From: Planctomycetota bacterium
Lineage (GTDB): Bacteria > Planctomycetota > UBA1135 > UBA2386
Assembly (NCBI GenBank): GCA_965223545.1
Contig: OZ245006.1
Span: forward strand, 5,088,001 to 5,152,000
Reading direction: 5' to 3'
Length of the DNA stretch: 64,000 nt
The stretch's first letter is position 1; each line of letters opens with the position of its first letter. The notes under the pieces were generated by a model. It ran no database searches. It was not told the origin of the DNA and worked only from the letters and a program-made list of their open reading frames with translations. The position numbers were made by a program, and so were the translations under genes. Below, piece after piece: positions 39,647-49,795 of the stretch.

Positions 39647-39834
39647 GGTTCGTACTCCTGACGGGTGCGTCGTTGCGGGGGCGCCGAGTGGCGTCCACTC
39701 GGCTCTGGGCCCCACCATAACAGTCGGCGAAAGAGCCGTAACCTCCCCCTGATTTCTGCGTGACGGTGACCGGAGGGGCCGGATCGGCCGCTCCGGTGGG
39801 GGGTTGCGCGTGGCGGTCGCCGCCGCGTCCGTCC

Positions 39835-41922
<2,088 letters not shown>

Positions 41923-42022
41923 GGAAAAAACGGGGTCTTTGGTCGGCGGCTCGAGGCCGATCCGGGCGAAAAATGGACGGGGACGATAGCTGCCGCCTCC
42001 GGTCCCGACAAGCGAATGCGGA

Positions 42023-42808
42023 CTACCGTTCGGGGCCGTCGGGAGGCGGCGCAGCGGGGTCGCCGGCAGCCGGGGCGTGGCCGTCGGATCCCGCGTTTGC
42101 GGGCGGTGCTCGGTCCGGCGCGGCCGCGCCCTCGTCCGCCGGCGCCTCCCGCGGGGTCGGCTGGATCGTCGGTTCCACGTAGGTCTCCGAGCGGCGGCCC
42201 GCGATCTGTGCGTTCCGGCGGTGGGAGCGGACCCAGTACAGCAGCACCGCGAGTGCGATCGACACCACGACGGCGATCTGGATGCCGCGTTCGACCTGGG
42301 TGACGCGCTCGATCGCGTCATCGATGATGTGGCCGAAGCGGTAGCCGATCCAAATGAAGGTCGGCACCACCAGGGCGATGCCGAGCAGGTCGAGCGTCAA
42401 GAACCGGCGGTACGACATCCGCATCGTGCCCGCGGTGAAGTAAGCGACGACGCGCAGACCGGCGATGAACCGGGCGAAGAAGATCACCAAGTCCCCGCGG
42501 CGGCGGAACCAGCGGTCGAAGCGCGACAGGCGACGCTTGTTGACCAAGAGCCGCAGTGGTCGCAGGCGGAGCAGTCTCGTTCCGAAGGTCTTGCCGAGAA
42601 AGAAGGGCAGCAGGTCGCCCAGCAGGATTGCGCCAGCACTGGCGCTCATCATCCACGGCCACTCCGCCCAGCCGCGGAAGCAGACGTAGCCTGCCGCGAT
42701 CAACACCAGCTCTTCGGGCAGCGGCAGTCCGATGCTGCAGAAGAAGAAGGCGACCGCGACCCCGAGGTAGGGGTACGCGGTGAAAGCGTCGACGAGCCAG
42801 TCAAACAT
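42023..42808 (-). CDS. DedA family membrane protein
   Basis: [15 protein letters not shown]...[12 protein letters not shown]. Confidence 0.9.
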   Translation of the reverse strand: MFDWLVDAFTAYPYLGVAVAFFFCSIGLPLPEELVLIAAGYVCFRGWAEWPWMMSASAGAILLGDLLPFFLGKTFGTRLLRLRPLRLLVNKRRLSRFDRWFRRRGDLVIFFARFIAGLRVVAYFTAGTMRMSYRRFLTLDLLGIALVVPTFIWIGYRFGHIIDDAIERVTQVERGIQIAVVVSIALAVLLYWVRSHRRNAQIAGRRSETYVEPTIQPTPREAPADEGAAAPDRAPPANAGSDGHAPAAGDPAAPPPDGPER

Positions 42809-42940
42809 GGTGGCGGGGGAGCGCGGACCACCCCCTTGGCCGTGAGTCGTCGAATTCCGCAGCGGGACTTGAAGAAGTCGTCGCGCGACTCCGGCTCGGA
42901 GTCGGGTGTCGAAGTTCGCGCCACCGTGTTGCGCGCAGCA

Positions 42941-43765
42941 TCACGGCAGCAGCTCGGCGAGCAGTGGATGGGCCGCGACCTGTGCGCGCGTGACCGCCGG
43001 GTCGCCGTCCAGCCATCGAACCAGCAGATCGAGGCTCTGCGAGAGGTCCGCGATGGCGTTGGCAAGCCCCGCGCGTTCTTCGGCGGCCAAGCGGGGTTCG
43101 ACTCCGCGGAACAAGCGCGCGGCGCGCGTGGCCAGTCGCCGCGCTCGTGCCGGCTGCTCCTGGGTCAGCGCCAAGCCGATCATGCGCACCATGACGTAGC
43201 CGTGCTCGACCTCGGCATCCAGCCCCGGATCGCGCGCACGCGCGCGCTCGATCAATGCTTCCCCCAGGTGCAGCGGCGTCTGCCCGGTGCGGTCTCGAAC
43301 TGCTGCGCCAACGGTGGGCTCGTCTTCTGCGCGCATCCGCAGCAGTACCGCGGCAGCCAGCAGCAGCCGCCCGGCCTGGTCGGGGCGGCGCGCGGCGGCG
43401 TCCTCGAGCATCGCGACCGCCGTCAACAGGCGGTCGGCGGCTTCTCCGGCATCCACCGCCCGTTCGACCCCTTCGAACGCCAGGAGGTCGGCGACGTAGA
43501 CGTGGCCGTCGGTCCACTCCGGAAGGAGCTGCATGAGGCGCCGGCCACGTGCCACGGCAGCGCCGAGCTCGCCGGCGCGGCTGTGACGGGCCATCGCCGA
43601 CCACAGGGCCGGCAACACCGCGGGTCTGGCCAGCACGCGGCCCCAGTCGGTGAGGCCGGCATTGCCGAGGCCCGGGTCCGCGGGCCCCGCCGCGGACGGT
43701 GCCAGTGCCGCGGCGCCGGCGAAGGCGACGGCGGACGCGAGCAGTGGTAGTGGCCAGGGAGTCAA
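42941..43765 (-). CDS. Hypothetical helical protein downstream of the ABC genes
   Basis: C-terminal part of ORF 42941-45037 has normal composition and an N-terminal hydrophobic segment. Start uncertain. Confidence 0.55.
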   Translation of the reverse strand: MTPWPLPLLASAVAFAGAAALAPSAAGPADPGLGNAGLTDWGRVLARPAVLPALWSAMARHSRAGELGAAVARGRRLMQLLPEWTDGHVYVADLLAFEGVERAVDAGEAADRLLTAVAMLEDAAARRPDQAGRLLLAAAVLLRMRAEDEPTVGAAVRDRTGQTPLHLGEALIERARARDPGLDAEVEHGYVMVRMIGLALTQEQPARARRLATRAARLFRGVEPRLAAEERAGLANAIADLSQSLDLLVRWLDGDPAVTRAQVAAHPLLAELLP

Positions 43766-43851
43766 GGTGTCGGAAGACGGCCTGTGACCATCATGCAACG
43801 GGAATCGAACGGTATTCCCAGTGATTTCCGCTCGGTGCGGCTCTCGGAATG

Positions 43852-44877
43852 TCAGCGTCTCCGGCGCGCGGCGATCGCGATCGCCCCGAGTACCAGGCAG
43901 ATGGTGATTGCCCATGGGCCGCCCAACGATTCCGCCGGCAGCCAGCGTTGCCCGCCGTATGCGTCGATCGCCCGTGCCGAGGGCAGCGCCTCGCTCCGAC
44001 TGGCGACGAGGAGGACGCCGGCCGCCGCCGGGATCGCCACTGCCAGGGACATCGAGTGGCGCAACAGCATGGCCAGCAACAGGGCGAGCGCGCAGGGAAG
44101 ACCGAACGTCAAGGCGGCCAGGGCCGCGTTGAGCCAGGCCGGGTACCGGCCGGTTCCGAGTCCGACGACCGACCCCTCGGGCCACAGCAGCCACAGACCG
44201 TCGCCGCTGCCCTCGATCTCGAGCTCCTTCACGGTGGTATCGGCGAACTGCAAGTGCAGGCCGGCGCCGCTTCCCTCGATCCGCAGCGTCCCCTCGTGCA
44301 GTGGGCGACCATCGGCGCGCACCGCGATCTCGGCCGCCGCCGCATCCCCTTGCCCCGCGTGCACCGCCAACGGGCTGATCCGGACCGCCGACAGACTCCG
44401 GTCGGAGTTCGCCAGCAGCCGCAGCACCGGTTGTTCCGGGCCGAGGATCGGCCGCCCCTGCGCCAGAAACGCGACGTGCGCGCGCACGGGGCCCGCGTCG
44501 CGTTCCGACAATGCCAACAAACCGTGGAAGGCGATGCCGACGATCGGCAGGGCGAGCGACAGCACCAGGAGGGCACCGGCCGCCATCGGCAGGCAGCCGT
44601 CGACCGCAGCGGGGTGAAGGCGCGCGACCAACCCGGCACCCGCGCGGTCGCGGGTCATGAGCGGCCACCCCTGCAGCGCCGCGGCGACGCCGGCGATCGC
44701 CACCAGCAGGACCGGTAGCTGCAGCCAGAGGCGGGCGTCGCTGTGCAGGTCGATGCCGGCGTCGGCCAGGACCGGAATGCTGTGCACGCCGAGGGCGGAG
44801 AGGCCGAGGCCGAGCGCCGCCGGGGCCCATACGTGCCGCGCGGTGTGCAGCGCGCCCAGGAGTGCTACGGCCTTCAC
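43852..44877 (-). CDS. Putative ABC transporter membrane subunit
   Basis: GTGA overlap with the ATPase stop; several TM segments flanking a soluble loop. Confidence 0.6.
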   Translation of the reverse strand: MKAVALLGALHTARHVWAPAALGLGLSALGVHSIPVLADAGIDLHSDARLWLQLPVLLVAIAGVAAALQGWPLMTRDRAGAGLVARLHPAAVDGCLPMAAGALLVLSLALPIVGIAFHGLLALSERDAGPVRAHVAFLAQGRPILGPEQPVLRLLANSDRSLSAVRISPLAVHAGQGDAAAAEIAVRADGRPLHEGTLRIEGSGAGLHLQFADTTVKELEIEGSGDGLWLLWPEGSVVGLGTGRYPAWLNAALAALTFGLPCALALLLAMLLRHSMSLAVAIPAAAGVLLVASRSEALPSARAIDAYGGQRWLPAESLGGPWAITICLVLGAIAIAARRRR

Positions 44878-45758
44878 CGTTGCTCCGGCTCCCGGTCGGG
44901 CGCGCGCTCGCCGGCCACGGGCTCGCCGGCCGCCAGGCGCCGGTAGAGGGAGTAGAGGTGCCGGCGCTCGGCGCGCACCTCGACGAGCTCGCCGCCCGCG
45001 CCGGCGATGGCGTGCTCGACCGTCGGCATCGCCGCATCGGTCAGCCCCCGGACCACGAGCTCGCGGGCGCCGGTCGCCAACAGCGCGTCGAGGGCGCCGC
45101 TGGCCCGGCACTCGCCGCCGTGCAGGACGTAGACCCGGTCGCACAGCTGCTCGATCTCCTGCAGATCGTGTGATGCGATCAGCGCGGTGGCGCCGCCGTC
45201 GACGCGGGCGCGGATCAGATCGCGCACCATCAGCGAGCCATCGGGATCCAGGCCGGAAGTCGGCTCGTCGAGCAGGAGGACTTCGGGTGTCGCCATCAAC
45301 GCCGCCGCCAGCGCCAGCCGGCGGCGCATGCCGGTGGAGAACGTGCCGTGGCGTCGGTCTGCCACCGCGCTGAGGCCGAGCTGGTCGAGATGCGTGGTGG
45401 CGTGCATCTGCGCGGTGCGGCGGTCGAAGCCCATCAGTGTCCCGGTCAGCGTCAGGAAGGTCTCCGCCGACAGGTTGGCGAACGGGAGCGGGCCCTCCGG
45501 TTGGTAGCCGACACGGCCGGTCAGTGTGCGGCTGGTCGGCGCGGTGCCCAGCACGCGGGCGTGGCCCGCGCTGGGTCGTTGGACCCCGGCGAGGACCGCG
45601 AGCAAGGTGCTCTTGCCGGAGCCGTTGGGGCCGAGCACGCCGACGATCTCGCCGGCGGCGGCAGTGAGCTCGAGATCGCGGAGTGCGGCTACCGGTGTGC
45701 GTCGCCAACCGCGCCGAAACGTGACCGACAGACCGGAGGTGGAGACGGCGGGTTCCAC
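44874..45758 (-). CDS. ABC transporter ATP-binding protein
   Basis: GPNGSGKS, FSTGM, LLDEPTSGLD, ASH. Confidence 0.92.
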   Translation of the reverse strand: MEPAVSTSGLSVTFRRGWRRTPVAALRDLELTAAAGEIVGVLGPNGSGKSTLLAVLAGVQRPSAGHARVLGTAPTSRTLTGRVGYQPEGPLPFANLSAETFLTLTGTLMGFDRRTAQMHATTHLDQLGLSAVADRRHGTFSTGMRRRLALAAALMATPEVLLLDEPTSGLDPDGSLMVRDLIRARVDGGATALIASHDLQEIEQLCDRVYVLHGGECRASGALDALLATGARELVVRGLTDAAMPTVEHAIAGAGGELVEVRAERRHLYSLYRRLAAGEPVAGERAPDREPEQR

Positions 45759-45862
45759 TGAACGCTCGATGATGTCTTTCTAAAACGGGCTGTCGGTTGA
45801 TGCTATCGTGCACGGCGCGCCCCGGCCCGCCACTGCAAACAGCCAAGGTCCGCCTCCGCAAG

Positions 45863-46642
45863 ATGTCTGGTATCCTCGTGTTTCCCGACGGCAACACCGT
45901 CGACGTTCGCGATGGCCTCGTGATCGGCCGCGTCGCGCAGTGCGACGTCACGATCGCCGACACCAAGGCGTCGCGCCGGCACGCGCGGCTCGTGGTGCAG
46001 GGCACGGTCGTCGAGATCGAGGACCTCGGCAGCAGCAACGGCACGTTCTTGAACGGCTCGCGCGTGCAGCGGCGGGTGCTGCGCAGTGGCGACGAGATCG
46101 CCATCGGCAAGACGGTCCTGCGGTTCTCGGATGGTGCGGGTGCGGGCGCCGGGCACGGCGACGAGCCTGCCGCCGGCGAGGATCTGTTCGGCGATGTCGA
46201 GGGCACCGGGATGCCCGGCGCCGATCTGGAGGGCGATCCGCGGACCGGGTTCGTCGAGCCGCCGCCGCCGTCGCGGCCGGCTGCGGGATCGACGCCCGCT
46301 GCCCGGGACGGGGTGACCGAGGGCAAACCGCCGGCACCGGCCGACGCCCCGCCGCCGGCTGCCGAGGAGGTCGAGGTCTTGGAGTTCGTCGACGAGGTGG
46401 TCGAGGTGCGCAAGGCCCCGCCGCCGCCGCGCACCGCGTCGCCGCCGCGCTCGACGCAGGCGCGTTCCGCCGCCAACCGGCAGGGCGGCGTGCTGCAGTA
46501 CCAGGCCACGGCGCGCGGCAAGAGCGGGTTGTTGGGCGACGATCTGCAGCAGATGTCGACGCCGATGCGGTGGGGGCTCGTCGCCCTGGCGGTCGCGGCC
46601 GCCGCCGGTCTCGGCTACGGCGCGATGCTGCTGGTGTCCTGA
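45863..46642 (+). CDS. FHA domain protein with Pro-rich linker and C-terminal TM helix
   Basis: IGR, SRRHA, DLGSSNGT.LNG, GD.I.IG; C-terminal hydrophobic helix. Confidence 0.9.
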   Translation: MSGILVFPDGNTVDVRDGLVIGRVAQCDVTIADTKASRRHARLVVQGTVVEIEDLGSSNGTFLNGSRVQRRVLRSGDEIAIGKTVLRFSDGAGAGAGHGDEPAAGEDLFGDVEGTGMPGADLEGDPRTGFVEPPPPSRPAAGSTPAARDGVTEGKPPAPADAPPPAAEEVEVLEFVDEVVEVRKAPPPPRTASPPRSTQARSAANRQGGVLQYQATARGKSGLLGDDLQQMSTPMRWGLVALAVAAAAGLGYGAMLLVS

Positions 46643-46656
46643 AGCGGCCGACCACC

Positions 46657-47568
46657 GTGACGATCGCCGTCTTCAGTCACGCGACCTGTGCCCGGCATCA
46701 GGCCGGCGTCGCGCATCCCGAGCGGCCGGAGCGGCTCGCAGCGGTGGCGCGCGGAGTGCGCGCCGCCGGGGTCGTGTTGGAGCACGTCGACGCGCCGGCC
46801 GCTGAGCGCGCGCAGGTGACGCGCGTGCACACGGCGGCGTTGGTGGACGCGATCGAGCAGCACGCGCCGGAGCAAGGCCTGGTGCAGATCGACGCCGACA
46901 CCGCGATGGGGGCCGCCTCGCTCGAGGCCGCCTACCGCGCCGCCGGCGCCTGCGTCGCCGCGGTCGACCGGGTCTTGTCCACCGCGCAGCGCGCCGCGTT
47001 CTGCGGTGTGCGGCCGCCCGGACACCACGCCGAGCGCGGCCGCGCGATGGGGTTCTGCTTGTTCAACAACGTCGCGATCGCGGCGCGCCACGCGTTGGAA
47101 TGCCACCAGCTGGAGCGAGTGGCGATCGTCGACTTCGACGTGCACCACGGCAATGGCACCGAAGACGCGGTCGCCGGCGACCCCCGAGTGCTGTTCTGCT
47201 CGTCCTTCCAAGAGGGCATCTACCCCGGCACCCCGCCGCCGCCCGCGGCCAACGTCGTGCACACGCCGCTGCCGGCGGGCACGGCGACGGCGGGCTTTCG
47301 CCGCGCGTTGGAGACGAGCTGGTGGCCGCGGCTCGAGCAGTTCGACCCCCAGCTGTTGTTGATCTCCGCCGGCTTCGATGCCCACGCGCGCGACCCGCTC
47401 GCCGGCCTCGCCCTGCAGGCGGAGGACTACGAGTGGGTGACGCGCCGGCTGCTGGAAGTCGTCGGTGACGCCACCGGTGGACGGGTGGTGTCGACGCTCG
47501 AGGGTGGCTACGACCTGCAGGCGCTCGAGGAGAGCGCGGCGGCGCACGTCGCCGGGCTCGCGGGGTAG
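46657..47568 (+). CDS. Histone deacetylase family protein
   Basis: HPERPERL, RPPGHHA, GFCLFNN, DFDVHHGNGT, SAGFDAH, LEGGY. Confidence 0.95.
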   Translation: MTIAVFSHATCARHQAGVAHPERPERLAAVARGVRAAGVVLEHVDAPAAERAQVTRVHTAALVDAIEQHAPEQGLVQIDADTAMGAASLEAAYRAAGACVAAVDRVLSTAQRAAFCGVRPPGHHAERGRAMGFCLFNNVAIAARHALECHQLERVAIVDFDVHHGNGTEDAVAGDPRVLFCSSFQEGIYPGTPPPPAANVVHTPLPAGTATAGFRRALETSWWPRLEQFDPQLLLISAGFDAHARDPLAGLALQAEDYEWVTRRLLEVVGDATGGRVVSTLEGGYDLQALEESAAAHVAGLAG

Positions 47569-47820
47569 GGCAGTGCGTCGAGAGTAGAACCAAGTGCCGG
47601 CCGGCGCGCCTTGGATAATCGTGGGAGACCTCCACGATGCGAGTTGCGGTTCGACCACGCCGACAGACGAGGGTACGCGGCTCATGAAGTTCGCGCGATC
47701 GCGCGCGCACGACCCGTTTCTTTACAGCGCCTGCACGAACTGCAAGGGAGGTGTTTGATATCTCCTAAGTCATGTCAAGGGGTTTTCGCTGGGGCTCGAC
47801 ATCGCGTGTGCACGGCTTGT

Positions 47821-49323
47821 TCAGGACTCTTCCACAAGACCAGGGAAGTGTTCTTGCATGAGATCACCGATCGGGTGAGGTTGACGTGGGGATTCCACGG
47901 CCAGGCCTGTGGCGTCCATTGGGCGGCCACTCAAGTCCCTCGTCGTCGGAGTCCCCACTCGTCCCTGTCGCCGTTGGTCGCGCTCATGCCGCTGTGGCGC
48001 GACGATGCTGCGCGTGAACTTGGCTGCGATGAGCGCGCGCGCGGCAACCTTCGTGAGCTCGTTGCCGTCGGCGTCTCGCAGGACGTAGCGGACTTGCGTC
48101 GACGCCGGCTTGTCATCGGCGCGCTGGCTGTCGCGACGCTTCAGGAGGGCGTAGACGCGGCGCGCCATCTTGCCAGCCAATGCGATGAGGATGAGGTTGT
48201 GGTGATCACCTGCGGCGTAGCGGCGAGCGTAGTACGCCGCGAAATCCGGATCCCACTGGCGAGCGACGTCAGCTGCTAGGTAGAGGTACTTCTTGAGTAC
48301 TCGTTGGCCGGTTTTGGTGATTGGCATCGAGGGGTCGCTCATGCCCGTCTGCTTCCGGCGTGGACACAGTCCGCAGTAGCTCACGAACTTCTTGCCGTTC
48401 GAGAACCGCGCGATGTCGCCTACCAAGGCTTCGATGGCCGCAGCGATCGTGGGACCGACGCCGCGCAGTTGCTCGAGTGTTCGGTCAGGATCGACGCCCA
48501 GGTAGAGCTTCTTGATCTTTGCGTCGAGCTTGCGAACGTCCGTGTTCTTGCGCTCGATCTCATCCAGCTCGTACACCACATCCTCTTGGATGGCCTCGTA
48601 GTCGAACGGCATCTGCCCCGCAGCTCGCAGCTCAGCGTAGTACTCGGCGGCCTGTCGGCAGGACTCGAGCACGCGGTCGACCAAGCACGGGTCATGCGTT
48701 CCCTTGGATCGCTTCGTCAAGAAGCGCTCCAAGCGACTCTTCCCAAGGCCGACCGCTTTCACCGGATCGACGTAGCGCCGCAGAAACCCCATCTTAGCGG
48801 CACTGAACTTCTCTGCCCCCAAGGCCTTCATGAGGCTGGGATTCGCCAGTACCAGTATCGCGTGCACACGACGCTTGTGGTCGCTGAGCTCGCGCGCCAA
48901 CCGCTCACGCCGCTTCACGAGTCGACGGATCGTCGTCTCGTCGGCAGTTGGAACACGCAGCTGGTGGACGCCCTTTGGATCCATCTGCGGCAGACGCGCA
49001 GCGGCCTCGGCGTCTACTACGTCGGTTTTGGTGTGCTTGCTATAGAACTTCCGCAGGTCGCTCAGCTTCTGTGGTTTGCTCACGTAGATCTGGAACCCTG
49101 CGGCGTTCACGTGCGCCGCGATGGGCAGCCACGCCAACCCCGTTGGTTCCATCACGAAGCTCACCGGACCCTCGGCACCTTCCTGTGCACGGCGCAGCAG
49201 AAGGTCAATACCCTCACGGCTGTTCTCGACTGAAAACGGTCTGCCCCGAGACTTCGCACCATCCAGAACGACGGCTCGGTGCTTGCTCCTCAAGCCGAGA
49301 TCCAATCCAACGAATCGATTCAT
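47821..49323 (-). CDS. IS110-family transposase/recombinase (DEDD RuvC-like plus Tnp20 domains)
   Basis: VGLDLG, MEPTG and KTDVVDA (DEDD); L..L.GVGP..A, RF...K.FVSYCGLCP, ITKTG..L...LYLAA; GGAGG RBS. Confidence 0.95.
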   Translation of the reverse strand: MNRFVGLDLGLRSKHRAVVLDGAKSRGRPFSVENSREGIDLLLRRAQEGAEGPVSFVMEPTGLAWLPIAAHVNAAGFQIYVSKPQKLSDLRKFYSKHTKTDVVDAEAAARLPQMDPKGVHQLRVPTADETTIRRLVKRRERLARELSDHKRRVHAILVLANPSLMKALGAEKFSAAKMGFLRRYVDPVKAVGLGKSRLERFLTKRSKGTHDPCLVDRVLESCRQAAEYYAELRAAGQMPFDYEAIQEDVVYELDEIERKNTDVRKLDAKIKKLYLGVDPDRTLEQLRGVGPTIAAAIEALVGDIARFSNGKKFVSYCGLCPRRKQTGMSDPSMPITKTGQRVLKKYLYLAADVARQWDPDFAAYYARRYAAGDHHNLILIALAGKMARRVYALLKRRDSQRADDKPASTQVRYVLRDADGNELTKVAARALIAAKFTRSIVAPQRHERDQRRQGRVGTPTTRDLSGRPMDATGLAVESPRQPHPIGDLMQEHFPGLVEES

Positions 49324-49399
49324 GTCCCCTCCATGTTCAACGAGTGAGTGTCGACGAGAGGACTCTCCCTACCCGCGCAGTCCGCCTGAGGAGGCGAGT

Positions 49400-49570
49400 C
49401 GCCAAAACGGTTCGTGTTTCGGGGCCGTGATTTCTCACGCCGCCAATCTCCTAAATCGGGTCCCCCACGCGGGAGGAGAGTCGCAGAACCAAATGAGGGG
49501 CCGCTCGAAGCGCCACCATTGCGGCAGATCGCGAAACCTCTCCGTCGCACGCCGGGGGACCCTAAGCTCT
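49400..49570 (-). ncRNA. Candidate IS110 bridge/seek RNA in the left non-coding end
   Basis: Nested stems GGGTCCCCC/GGGGGACCC, GGAGAG/CTCTCC and TCGC/GCGA enclose an internal loop (TGCCGCAAT / CTCATTTG) matching the target; downstream TTAGGAGAT is identical to the right end. Limits approximate. Confidence 0.65.
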
Positions 49571-49795
49571 CTTGCGGCCGATGACCAGACTCCCGACACG
49601 ACTCCTGCGGCTGCACCATCGCGCGAGTCTTCCACACCGCTACGGCGCGACGGGTGTGGAGAACTCTAGCTTCGCAGATCATGGAACCACACATACCGTT
49701 GCGGCGGTGGCGCCGAGAGTTCGGCGCCAGTTCCGGCGCCCAACGGGGATTTCGCGGATCGGTCCGGCACTTGGCGGCAAACCGATCTTTGACAG

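Larger units (their letters stand above)
47755..49574 (-). mobile_element. IS110-family insertion sequence (ends inferred; CAA core at both junctions on the element strand)
   Basis: Contains the IS110 recombinase; no long terminal inverted repeats seen. Right end TTGACA-TGAC-TTAGGAGATAT-CAA; left junction GGCCG-CAA-GAGAGC. Internal RNA loop matches the flanks. Confidence 0.75.

Noticed and set aside
47611..48279. Plus-strand 222-aa ORF crossing the IS right end
   Set aside because: Mostly antisense to the transposase and has no recognisable motif.
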